Shown: piece after piece, positions 1-20,739 of the stretch | Layout: each line of letters begins with the position of its first letter | How positions within the stretch are numbered: position 1 is the stretch's first letter | Assembly (NCBI GenBank): GCA_014905635.1 | Contig: JABVCE010000018.1 | Span: 496,001 to 560,000 of the forward strand | Direction of reading: 5' to 3' | Source: Scenedesmus sp. PABB004 | Taxonomy: Eukaryota | DNA: 64,000 nucleotides | Program-made: the position numbers and the translations under genes | The notes under the pieces: model-generated | What the model was told of the DNA's origin: nothing | Seen by the model: only the letters and a program-made list of their open reading frames with translations | Database searches by the model: none

Positions 1-41
1 CCCCCCGCCCCTGGCTCCCCGCCTCCCTTCCCGCGCCGCAG

Positions 42-1658
42 ATGTCTGGCCTCAGCGACCAAGAGATGGAGGACGCCGCGGCGCCCGGCGGCGGCTGCCC
101 CACGCCCTGCGACGAGGGTGCGCCGCGCCGCAGCACGCCGCGCGCGCCCCGCCCCGCACAACGGCGCCGGTGCCGGGTCGGGCGCACTCGAGGCCGCGCC
201 TGACCCGCCGCCGCCGCCGCCCCCGACCCGCCGCCGCTGCCGCCGACCGCCAGCGCACCTTGCCATGCTGGTCGCGAGCGAGCCGCAGCGCCTGCCCGCG
301 CCCACGCAGCCGCCGCACGCCGCGGCCGACAGCCAGCTGCTCATCGAGCCCACGCTCGCGCCGCCCGGCTCCGCGGCGGGCGCCGACCACGCGGCGGGCG
401 CCGGCGACGCCAGCGACGACGACGAGACGTGCGACACGCGCGGCGACAGCGCCGCGCCGGCGCCGCCGCCGCGCAGCGCGCAGCCGCTGCGCAGCAGCCC
501 CAGCGCCGGCGCGAGCGGCGGCGCCGGCTATGAGCGCGTGCGCGCGTTTGTGCTGGCGCGCGCGGGCGGCACGCTGGGCTTCGTGGACCTGCTGGCCGCC
601 TTTTACGAGCTCACCCCCGAGCAGCTCACGCGCGCGGTGGAGGGCATGGGCCGCGAGGGCCTGATCAAGGTGGGCGCAGCGCGGCGCGCGGGGCGGGCGC
701 GCGCGCCGGCGCTGCGGCTGACGGCCGTCGCGCCCTGTCAGGCTTGACCCGGCCGCCGCGCCGCGCCGCCGCCGCGCCGCAGCCCGGCGCGCAGCGTGAC
801 ACGTACGTCGTCGTGGCCGCAGCGCCGGCGCCGCCGGCGCCCGCGGCGCCCAAGGCCTTTGCGCGCGGCGGCGCCGGCCGCGGCGGCGGCGGCGCCGCAG
901 CGGCGGCGGACGCCGGCGCCGAGGCGGCGGGCGACACGAGCCAGCTCGCGGGCGGGGGCGGCGCCGCGCGGCCGCGCGGCGCCGCGCTGCGCCAGGGGGA
1001 GCGCGCAATCAGCGACATGATGACCGGACTCTCCATGGGCGGCGGCGGCGGCGGCGCCTCGGCGGCGGCGGCGGCGGCGGCGCGGCGCGGGCAACGCGAG
1101 CGTGCAGGGGCGCAGCGTGCACGCGGGTGTGTGTGCGCACGCGCGCTCGAGGGCGCCGCGCGCAGCCCGCGCTGCGCGCCGCCGCCTCTGCCGGCTGCGC
1201 TCACGCGCAGCCCGCGCCGTGCCGCAGGCTCCGACGCGTCGGGCGCGCCGCCCGCGGCGCCGCGCGCGCCGCCCTTTGCGGCGCAGACCGACGCCGCCGG
1301 CGCGGACGAGCCGAGCGTGCAGCTGCCGCAGGACCGCGAGCACCGCGGCATCTGGTTCGAGGGCAGCCAGCAAAGCTTCCGCGGCCCGGCCGCCGCCGCG
1401 GCGCAGCTCGGCGTGCCCGCCGCGCCGCCGGGCGGCGCCGGCGCCGGCGCCGGCGAGGCGCCGCCGCGCAGCCGGCTGCGCAAGGCCTCCTACGTCAACA
1501 GCCCCATCCACCAGCGCAGCGGCAAGCGCGACGGCGCCAGGCGCGGCGCGGGCGCGGGCGAGCCCGGCGCGGCGGCGGTGCACAAGACGGCCAACAAGGC
1601 CGCGCGCAAGCCCACCGGCGGCGGCGGCAGGGCCGTGCGCACGGCGGCGATGAAGTGA
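42..1658 (+). CDS. ASY1: 3' part of a meiotic HORMA-family axis protein (ASY1/HOP1-like); 5' exons probably lie upstream of the window
   Basis: Spliced in frame (exon 42-117, GT..AG 118-253, exon 254-669, GT..AG 670-782). Winged-helix/SWIRM-like segment YERVRAFVLARAGGTLGFVDLLAAFYELTPEQLTRAVEGMGREGLIK. C-terminal RLRKASYVNSPIHQRSGKR resembles the plant ASY1 closure motif (RKTSMVREPILQ..KR, from recall). The HORMA domain itself is not in the window. Confidence 0.6.
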
Positions 1659-1889
1659 GGCGCGCCAGGGGCGGCGGCGCGCCTCTGGGGCGATGCGGGG
1701 GTGTGGGCAGGGTGCGGGGGGTGGCTGTGGCGCCGGGTGGTGGCCGCTGGTCGGTCGCCTGAGCTGCAGGAGGCTGGCTGTGGGCAGCGATGCGAGTGAG
1801 GGGTGGGCAGGCTCCGGGGCGGACGTGCGACGCGGGGGTCGGCTGGGCAGGGCAACCACTGTGCATGCACGTGGTTACTCGCCGGCAGG

Positions 1890-4155
1890 CGCAGCAACGT
1901 CACGGGCGCGCAGCACACGCCTCGCCAGCTCAACGCCAACCTGTCAAACCCAGCGCCAGCGCACAGCCGCCGCCTCACGTCGATCGAGCACCCCCGCCGT
2001 GCGCGCCCCGGCTCGCATCACAGCTCACAGCACGCGCGTCACCACGGCGCGGCAGGCCAGGCCGCCGTCGGCGTGCAGCAGGCCCGCCCCGCAGCGCCGC
2101 CTCTGCGTCCGCCCAGCTCGTGATGTGGCCCAGGCTGAACATGCCCTGATAGCCCCAGCTGCTTGCTGCGTTGCTGAAGCCAAGGTTGCGAGGCCCCTTC
2201 ACCACGTCGCCGCGCCGGCCACCCGGCGGCGCTCGCAGGCTCAGCCAGCTCGTGACGCTGACGACGGCGTCCTCGGGCAAGCGGGGGAGCAACAGGAGGC
2301 CCACTTCGGAGTGCCGCGGCTCCTCCTCGCCGCCAGCCTTTGCGATTGTCAGGCTGAGGCGCAGCTCCACGCCCGACCAGGCGCGCGCGCAGCTGACATC
2401 ACTGAAGACTAGCTTGCGTCCCTCTTGCAGGTGCCGCTCCACCAGCACGCGCAGCTTGGCTGCACTGACGCGCCAGTCCAGCGTGAGCTGCTTCACAGAT
2501 GACACCGGGCGCGCCGGGGCGCTCCAGGCGGGAAAGCTGGGCAGGCCAGGTAGATTGGTGAGCGCGTCAAAGTGGTCTTCCGCTGGTGCGCCGCGGCTGC
2601 ACAGCGTGGCCGCCGCCATGAGCTCGCTGGGCGTCAAGCCCGTCTGGAACAGGTCGCTCTGGCTCGCGACGCCGCAGAAGAACAGCTGGGTGACGTGGCG
2701 CATGCGCACCAGCGCCACCAGCTCCCTGGGCAGCGCCGCCTGCAGCGGCTCAGCCTGGTGCGCCTCCCACGTGGCGATGGTGTGGCACACGGTGTTTTTG
2801 CTCGCCACGCGCGTGCGCTCGTCTGCCAGCAGCCGCTTCAGCGCGCCGTGCGGCAGGTCCAGCAGCGCCTGCTGCCTGGGGCTGCTCTCGCCCTCGCCCC
2901 AGACCAGCTCCAGGTCGCCCAGCTCTGCCTGCACCTTGTCCGCCACGGCCTTGAAGATGCTGCGCAGCGCCGGCGCCTCCATGCAGCCCGGCGGCAGCGC
3001 GTGCACCGCCGCCACGGTGCTCCACGCCAGCTGCTCCACTGGCACCGCTGCCAGGGCGTCGCCCGCTGCCGCTGTCACCTTGGCGACCTCATAGCGGTCC
3101 GCCAGCACCAGCAGCTGCAGCAGCCGCTCCTGCTTGGCGCCCGTCAGCGTGCTGGCAGGCTGTGCCGCGTACGCGGCCTGCAGCAGGAGGCGCCCCACCT
3201 CGAGCTGCCCACGCGGCACCGCAAGCTCCAGGCTGTGCTGCTGCCTGCCGGCCGCAGCAGATGCGCTGCCACGCGTGCGCTTGCGCGCCGGCTCAGCGTC
3301 GCCCCAGTTCTCCAGCTGCGCGCGGGCGTGTGCCGGGGCAGAGCGGCGAGCGTCGTCAGCGGGCGCAGCGCGTCGGCGCGTGGCGTGCTGCGCCGCCCGC
3401 CAGGGCGCGCCAGCCATTTGTGCCCAGCAGCCGGGCCCCCTGCCGCACCTTGGCCTGGAAGACGGGCGACAGGCCGGCCAGGAGCATCGAGTGCCCCGGC
3501 AGCACCAGCTCCTCGCTCGGCCGCTTGCCGCCGCTGCCGTCGTCACCGTCGCCTGGCTCCTCAAACAGGCGCAGCGTGCAGTCGCTGAACGTCGTGGAGC
3601 CGAAGTAGCGGCTGAAGTCGGGCACGGCGGCCATGGCGGCGCGCCGGTGGCCGGGGGCGATTCAAACGCCGGTCGCGCTGCACCGAGCTCGGGGAGGCGC
3701 GATCGCATGCGGCCGACCTGGACGGGCTCACGCTCTCTGGGACGCAACCAGCGGCGAAGCGGCCGCGCCGCAGCAGAGGAGCGCACGCACGCGGCGGCGG
3801 CAGCGGTGGCAGCGGCGGGCGGCGTGGCGGGCTGCCGCAGCCCGCACAGGAGGCGGCTGCTGCCGCTGCTCGCGGGGCGGCTGTGGGCAATGCCGGCGCT
3901 GGCGTGGGGCGCCCGGGAAGTGTCGCCCGGGAAGCGCGTCAAAGCGTGCGCGGCAGCGACGCCAAAAGCGCAGCGCTCGGGCGACGTTGCAGCGAGCCCC
4001 CTGCTCATCACAGCACGCCCTGCATCCCTGCGAGCTCAGGTGAGCGCGCCCGCAACCTGCGTGCACGCCCGCAACCCGCCCGCGCCGGCCGCCGTCGGCC
4101 GCCGCGCCCGGCGCGCCTCCGCCGCGCCCGGCGCGCCTCCGCCGCGCGGCGCTCG

Positions 4156-4179
<24 letters not shown>
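1890..4179 (-). repeat. Segmental duplication, arm 1 (inverted relative to 47999-50243)
   Basis: Promoter/5' region, intron, CDS and 3' flank align with the reverse complement of 47999-50243, e.g. gcgagccccctgctcatcacagcacgccctgca vs tgcagggcgtgctgtggtgagcagggggctcgc. Confidence 0.9.
1975..3634 (-). CDS. BTB/POZ-BACK domain protein, copy 1 (2 exons; C-terminus frameshifted relative to copy 2)
   Basis: [43 protein letters not shown] (BTB); [26 protein letters not shown] (BACK). Intron ~3317-3448. Closely similar to 48493-50109. Confidence 0.85.
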
Positions 4180-14026
<9,847 letters not shown>

Positions 14027-14485
14027 CCATGGCGACCATGGCGCCCGGCGCCCGGCGCGGCGCGGCCGCCGCCGCCGCCGGCGCCGCGACTGCTGCTGCT
14101 GCTGCTGCGCGCGCGCCGTCAGCCCATGGCGCGGCTGCGGCGCCTCGCGTCCCGCGCTACGCCTCTGGCAGTGTTCAAGGTGCGGACGGCAGCGAGGCGG
14201 CGGGCGCGCGGGTCCCGGGCGCGAGCCGGCGCGGAGGCTGCTGCTGCCGATGCGAGAGGCCGGCTGCGGGCGCGCGCTGCTGGCGGCGGGCTCTCGGGGC
14301 GTGGCGGGGCGTGCTCAGCGGATCGAAGAGCGGCAGAGTCGGGCGCGGGCGGGGCGCGCGGCGGGGGCGGCGGGCCGCAGCGGCGGGCCGCTGCGCCCCG
14401 GCGGTGCAGCCGGCGCCCGGGCCCGGGCCGCGCCGCGGCGCGCGGGGGGCGCGAGTCAGGGTGTCACATGCCCGTCCGGCCCGCG

Positions 14486-16331
14486 TCAGGCGATGCCATA
14501 GACCAGGAAGCGCGCGCCGCCGGTGAACGCGGCGGCGAGGCCCGCGCCGGCCTCGGTCGGCAGGCTGAACGCGAGCTGCCCCCGCGGCACCACGTAGCCG
14601 GGCACGCAGTTGGCCCTGAGGCCGGTCGGGGGTCGGCGCGCGGCGTCAGGGGCGTGCGCCGCGCGCGGCGAGGCAGGCGCGGCGCGCGCAGCGGGGGCGC
14701 GGCGCGCGCGTGCTCACCGCGCGGCGTCGAGCAGCTTGGTGGCCAGGCCCGCGCGGCGCTGCTCCGCCGACACCCACACCATGCGCACGCCCAGCGTGGC
14801 GCGCACGGCGCGGCGCGTGTCGGCGAGCAGCGCGCGGCCGGCGCCGGCGCTCGCCGCGGCGGCCGGCCGCTGCCGCCCGCCGCCGCCGCCGCTGCCGCCG
14901 GCGGCCGCCGGGCTCGGCGCGCCGCGCGCGTCTGGCTGTGCCGCGGCCAGCAGGATGGGGGGGCAGCTGTCGGCCTTGGCGGGCGCGGCCGCGGAGCCGC
15001 CGGAGCCCTGCGACGCCGCGCCGCCGGCGCCGCCCGACAGCGCGCCGCGCTGCAGGCCCGGCCACAGCGGCGGCGGCGGCTGCCGCGGCGGCTGCTGCTG
15101 CCAGGCGCCGGCGCCGCCGCCCGGCGGCGAGCCGAGGTGCCGCTGCGCCCCTGGCTGCCGCCGCCCCTCCGCGCGCGCTGAGTCCGCCCCCTCCTCCTCC
15201 TGCGTGCCACGCGCCGCGACGCGGAAGGCCTGGCTGACGGGCTCCACCACCGCCACGCCCACCACGCGCTTCGCGGCGCTGACGTACAGAAACACCTGGC
15301 GCCGCGGCGGGCGTCAGCTGGCGCGGGGGCGGCGGGCGCTTGCGCGCTCAGCGCGCGCACCTTGGCGTCGGGCGAGTCCAGCAGCCAGCCCGCGCTGAGG
15401 CCGTGCGCGCGCTCCACAAAGCCGCACACCTCCTGCACCTGCCGGCAGCGCCAGCGCGGCGCCGGTGCGGCGTCAGGCTGCGCGGGCGGGCGGCCGTGCC
15501 CTGCCGGCGGGCGCGGCCACGCTGCGCCGCCGGCAGCGCACCCGCTTCACGTGCTGCGCCGGGTCGCTGCCCGGCAGCACCAGCAGCAGCCGCCCCCTGC
15601 CCGTCTCAGACAGCACGACGCGCTCCGTCGCCCAGCCCTGCGCGCGCGAGGCCGCGCGGCGGCGGGCGTGGGCATGCGCGGGCCGCGGCGCCACAGCCCC
15701 GCCAGCGCTGCGGGGCGGGCGGGCGCACCGCAAACTTGAGCCCCTGCGCCGCGCTGGCGTGGAAGGTGCGGTGCAGCCGCTCGTCCTCCTCGTGGCCCTT
15801 GGCGTAGACCATGCCGCACACGGGGCACCGCGCGGCGCTGAAGTCGCGCTGCGCATGCAAACGGGCAGCCGCGCGCGACGTCGGCGCGCGGGCGGCGGCA
15901 GCGCGCGCTCGCGCCACCGGCGCCCGCGCCCGCATGGCCCGCGTGGCCGCGACCACCGACCTGCCCCAGGTCCAGGAACATCTGCTGCGACCTGGCGGCG
16001 GCCCGCGGGCGCGCCGCGCCGCCGCCGGCTGCCGCCTTGGCGCCGCTGGTGCTGCTGCTGGACGCCGGGCCGCGGTTCTCCTTCTCTGGCGCCCTGCGCG
16101 CGGCGGCGGGCCAATGCTGGGACTGACAGGCACCGTGGCTCGGCCCCGGCGCGCCCCGGGCGCCCGCGCGGGCACGCACGGCTCGGCGGCGGGCCGCTTT
16201 GCGCTCGCGCTGCTGCTCGGCGCCAGCTCCCGCCCCGCGCCGCCGGCGCTGGGCCGCGGCTCCTGCGCGCCCGCGCTCCGGCGCTGCCTCGCGAAGAGCT
16301 GGAGCAGCGTGGGCTGGCTGCCCGCCGCCAT
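14486..16331 (-). CDS. ECO1: Cohesin acetyltransferase ECO1/ESCO/CTF7 (multi-exon)
   Basis: QMFLDLGQ..CPVCGMVYAKGHEEDERLHRTFH (PIP + C2H2 finger); VFLYVSAAKRVVGVAVVE; LGVRMVWVSAEQRRAGLATKLLDAAR; QLAFSLPTEAG..FLVY. Confidence 0.9.
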
Positions 16332-16734
16332 CGCGCCGCGGGCGCGCCGGCGCCGCGATTGAACGGCCCGCCGTCAACAACGGGCGCGCTCGCGCTCTCA
16401 GCGCTGTGGCCGTGCTGGCTGCGGCGACCGCGGCCGACGCTGCTGGGAAAGGGGCGGCCCGGCGCGGTTCGCGCGTTTTCGAGCGGCGGTTGCCAACCGC
16501 CAGGCGACGGCCTTCTCTGCGCTCACCGCCCTTGCCCCGCTGCCCCGGCCTGCCTAGGCCCTGCCACCACCGTCCGCCGACTCACTGCGCCCACGAGCCG
16601 CGGCCGCTGCTCGACAGGCGGGAGAGCGCCTGCTGCCTGCGCGACGGCGGGCGGGCGGGCGTACGCGGGGCGCGCGCAGCGCGGCGCGATGCAGCGCGCC
16701 GGCCCCGCCGCGCGGCCGCGCGCGCGCGCCCCGC

Positions 16735-18795
16735 TCACGGCTTGGCGGTCGCGGGGCCGTCCAGCGGCGCCTGCGCGTCGCCGCTCGCAGCGCTGACGAC
16801 CGCGACCACGTCGCCGGCGCCAGCGCCGCGGCCGGCGCCGCCGCGTGCCGACCAGGCCCAGCAGCGGCCGCCGCCGCGTCGCGCCTCGAGCGCCGCGGTC
16901 AGCCGCTTGGCGGGCGCGCCGTAGATGAACGCATAGCTGGTGCCCATCGCGACCGCGCCGCCGAGCCAGTTGCCGAGCGTCGCGGGGATGAGGTTGCGCC
17001 AGACAAACGCGCGCGCGCTGATCGGCGCGCCCAGCGCGATCGCCATCGGCACCAGGAACTGCGGCGAGCGAGGAGGGGGGGAGTGACGGGGGCGCCGCGG
17101 AGCTGCAGGGGCCGCGGGCGAGGGCGGCTGAGGCCGCGGCGCGGCCGGGTGCGGCGCACCATGTTGGCGATGCAATGCTCAAAGCCGAGCATCGCAAACG
17201 CGGAGATGGGCAGCCAGACGCCGACGGCCTTGCCGGTGAGGTCCTGCGCCGCGTTGGCCTGCCAGGTCGCGATGCACACGAGCCAGTTGGCAAACACGCC
17301 CCGCACCAGCACCTCGCCCCAGCCCAGGGACGTCTTCTTCGCCGCCAGCGCCTTGATGTACCTGCCACGCGCACAGCGGGCGGGCGGCGGGACGGGACGC
17401 CGGCGTCGCGGCCTCGGGCGCGGCCTCGGGCGCGGCTCGAGCGGCAGCGCCGCGCGCGCCGCCTGCCCCAGCGCCCGGCGGGTTCAGCCGCCGCCGCCAG
17501 GGTCGACGCAATCAGCCGCCGCCCCGAGCGCGCGGGGCGCACCAGTCCTTGTGGTGGTAGATGCCGCTCGCATACATGAGGCCCACAAAGAGCGCCGCGC
17601 CCACAAAGTTCCACAGCCACGAGCTCACCCACAGGCGCACGCAGTCGCGCATGCGCACCTTGCCCTCCCACCACGCGACCATCATGTAGGCGCACAGCGA
17701 CGTGTAGCTGGGGCGAGCCCGGCGCGCGCGGCGCGGCGCGGTGCGGCGGCGGTTCAGCGGCGCGCCAGGCGCACGGGCAGGCGGGCGGGCGGGTGGGCGG
17801 GCCGCCAAGCTCTGCCCGGCCGCTCACAGCTCTGCGCCGCAGACGAGGATGAGGGTGAAGCTGAAGGGGAAGCCGACGGCGCCAAAGACGAGGCTGAACA
17901 GCCCCGGCGAGTCCTCCAGCCACGCCCTGCCGGGGGCGCGGGGGCCGGTCAGCGGCCAGCCCGGCGGCAGCCCCGGCCAGCGCCGCCGCCCCGCTCCGAG
18001 CCGCGCCTGGGCGCGTTGCCTCCGACCAGCAGGGCCAGGGTGTAGCCGAAGCCGCAGTAGCAGCCAGCGATGATGCCCAGCAGCGCGACCTTGGTCCTGC
18101 GGCGGCCCGGCGGCGGCGTGTCAGGGGGGTTGACCGAGCTGCGGCCAGGTGGGGCTGCCCGCTGGCCGCTGGCCGCTGACCGGCCAGGTCAAACCCCGCC
18201 CACCAGTGGAAGGCGGCCTTCTCCTCGCCGTGGTGCGCGATCTCGGCGTAGATCTCCGGCGCGCTGAGGATGAGGCTCTTCTTGAACGCCACGCTCTCAA
18301 ACACGACAGACTGCTCGTGGTTGGGCGGCCTGCGCGGGCGGGCGGGCGGCGGGCGGGAGGTCGCGCGCGGCGCGCGGGCCACGTCGAGCGGCGCCGCGCA
18401 GTCTGACAGCGCGCGCGCGCACCACTTGGGCATCGGCACCGCGCCGTGCGCGGCGGGGTTGGCATTGTCGTCGTGCGTGCGCTTGCGCATGCTCGCCGAC
18501 GGTGCCAGCGCCGCCGCCGGGAGCGGCCCAGACGCGCTGGGCGCGAGGGAGAGCCCGGGGCCGCGCTGGTAGGCCTCCTGACCCGCCGGCGCGGGCGCCA
18601 GCGACTTGAGCACCACCGCGTCGTCCGCCGCCCCGAACACCTGCGGCGCGGCGCGGACCTGCGGGCCGTGGCATCGCGGTGTGAGGCAGGGGTCTTGCGT
18701 GACACAGCCAGCCCGCGAGCGGGCTGCCCGCGGCGACGGCGGCGCCGGGGCGGCGCGGTCCGCGCACGTGCGCCGCTGCTCGCCTGGCCCTCCAT
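16735..18795 (-). CDS. NAR1: Formate/nitrite transporter (NAR1/FNT family)
   Basis: LFSLVFGAVGFPFSFTLILVCGAELYTS, SWLWNFVGA, LVRGVFANWLVCIATW, VWLPISAFAMLGFEHCIANMF, FVWRNLIPATLGNWLGG. Start codon inferred. Confidence 0.9.
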
Positions 18796-19083
18796 GCCTG
18801 CTCCGCCCCGGGGTGCGTGCGCGATTGCGAGAGATTAGCCCAGCTGCCGTCACGTCGGGGGCGCAGGGGCTGCTGGTGGCCGCCGCGCGAGGAGCTGGCA
18901 CCACGCGAAGCAGCGGGGCGTTGGTGGCGCTGGAGGAGGGGCCTCAGCTCAGGCGGCCGCGAGCGGGCTGTTGAGCGGTGCGGTGGCACGCGCTGCGCTC
19001 TCAGCGGCAGCCGGGCGGCCGTGCGACGGCGGCGGTGACGAGGGTTTTTCACAGGGTTCACAGCGTTTGACCAGGTCAAACGC

Positions 19084-20292
19084 TCAGTAGCCGGCACGCA
19101 TGAGCGTGCCCGCGCGCGCCGCGGCCGCCGTCCTAGCCGCCTTGGCCGGCTCCGCGAGGCGCAGGCGCACTACGAGAACGTCAGGCACGCGGTACTCGTC
19201 GGGCACGTGGTCGTGCAGCGCCTGCACCTCAAACCCCCAGTCCTCGGCCGCCCACCGTAGGAACGCGTGCACCTCGCCCGGGTTGTGGTGCAGGCTGAGC
19301 GCGAGGAAGATGGCGGTCCCGGGGCCCGACAGCTGCACCAGCGCGGTCAGCAGCAGCCGGCTGTGGGGCGTGTCAGGGGTGTAGGAATAGTACACGAGGT
19401 CCGCGCCGACGACGACGTCAAACGGTGGCGCGCCGCACCCCGCCGCCGCGGCGAGCCCCGCGACGTCGGACGGCTCGCCCCAGCGCAGCGGCGCGACGGC
19501 CGCGCCGCGCGGCGGCAGCACGCTCGCGTTGTGCGCGACGTTCGCGGCCAGGTGCGGCAGCATGTCGGGCAGGTCGGTCAGCACCGCGCGCGACACCGCG
19601 CCGCCCGCGAGCAGGCACAGCGACACCGCGCCCGTGCCCGCGCCCAGCTCCAGCGCCGTGAGCGGCGGCGGCGCGCGCGCCGCCTGCTGCCGCGCGCCGC
19701 CGCCGCGCAGCGCCGCCAGCAGCGGCTGCTCGCGCGGCAGCGGCGGCGGCCGCGGCTGCTGCTGCTGCTGCTGCTCCGGTTGCACCGCCGCCTGCTGCTC
19801 CCGTGGCGCTGCCGCCGCGCGCTCGTCCGCCAGCTCACGCAGCAGGCCGCTCGACGTGAGCGTCTGGCCCAGCACCACCGCGCCGTCCCAGACGGTCGTG
19901 CCGGTCAGCGACGGGTCGGCCGCCTTGTCGAGCGCCGTTTCCGGCGCCGGGCCGGCCCGGCCAGCGCGGCCGCGCTGCGCGCGCGGCTGGCCCCTCCCGC
20001 CGCCGCCGCCGCCCTTGGCCGTCGCGCTCGGCGCCTGGCGCAGCCGCACGGTCACGCCGTTGCTCAGCAACGTGATCGCGCACTCGTCCACGAAGCGGCC
20101 GCGGTAGCCTAGATAGAAGCGCTGCCACGCCCGGGGCTCGGCGGCCGCGGCCGCCGCGGCCGCCGCAGCGGCCGCCGCAGCGGCAGCGCCCGTGCCCGCG
20201 GGGTCGGGCTCGCCGCCGGCGGGCGCCGCGGCAGCGGCAGCGCCCCCGCCCGCGGGCTCGGGCTCGGCGCCGGCGCCGGCCGGCGCCGCCAT
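19084..20292 (-). CDS. METTL21/EFM-like protein lysine methyltransferase (class I SAM-dependent)
   Basis: TGTTVWDGAVVL, ALELGAGTGAVS, VLTDLPDML, LRWGE, FDVVVGADLVYY (DxxY motif). Single ORF of 1209 nt. Confidence 0.88.
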   Translation of the reverse strand: MAAPAGAGAEPEPAGGGAAAAAAPAGGEPDPAGTGAAAAAAAAAAAAAAAAEPRAWQRFYLGYRGRFVDECAITLLSNGVTVRLRQAPSATAKGGGGGGRGQPRAQRGRAGRAGPAPETALDKAADPSLTGTTVWDGAVVLGQTLTSSGLLRELADERAAAAPREQQAAVQPEQQQQQQPRPPPLPREQPLLAALRGGGARQQAARAPPPLTALELGAGTGAVSLCLLAGGAVSRAVLTDLPDMLPHLAANVAHNASVLPPRGAAVAPLRWGEPSDVAGLAAAAGCGAPPFDVVVGADLVYYSYTPDTPHSRLLLTALVQLSGPGTAIFLALSLHHNPGEVHAFLRWAAEDWGFEVQALHDHVPDEYRVPDVLVVRLRLAEPAKAARTAAAARAGTLMRAGY

Positions 20293-20739
20293 CGGCAACC
20301 GCGCCTGCCGGCGACGCCTGGACCGTGTGTGGCGAGGGCGAGAGGGTCGCACCTGGGCCGCCGGTGCCGCCGGTGCCGCTGCCGCTGCCGCCGCTGCGGT
20401 CGCGGTGGAGCCTGGCGGCTGTTGGCAGGGGTTGGGTGTCGGGTGGCCGCAACCAGAGGAATGACCGCTGCTGGGCGCCCGGATTTCAGGTGGGGGGCGT
20501 CGCTGCCTGCGCCGCCGCGGAGCCCTGCCGACGACGGGCGGCCCACACGCGCGCCGGCCGCCCCGCGGCAGCTGTCGCCGACCACGCGCACAAGAGAGGG
20601 AGCGGGGAGGATTAACGCGCTCGCGGAGGAGGAGCGAGCAGCAACGGCAGCACCAACCTGCGAGCAGCTTCCGACCCCCACGCGGCCACCGGCGCCCGCT
20701 GCAGCCCGTGACCCAGCTCCGGGGCGCGCTCCGGGCGCC

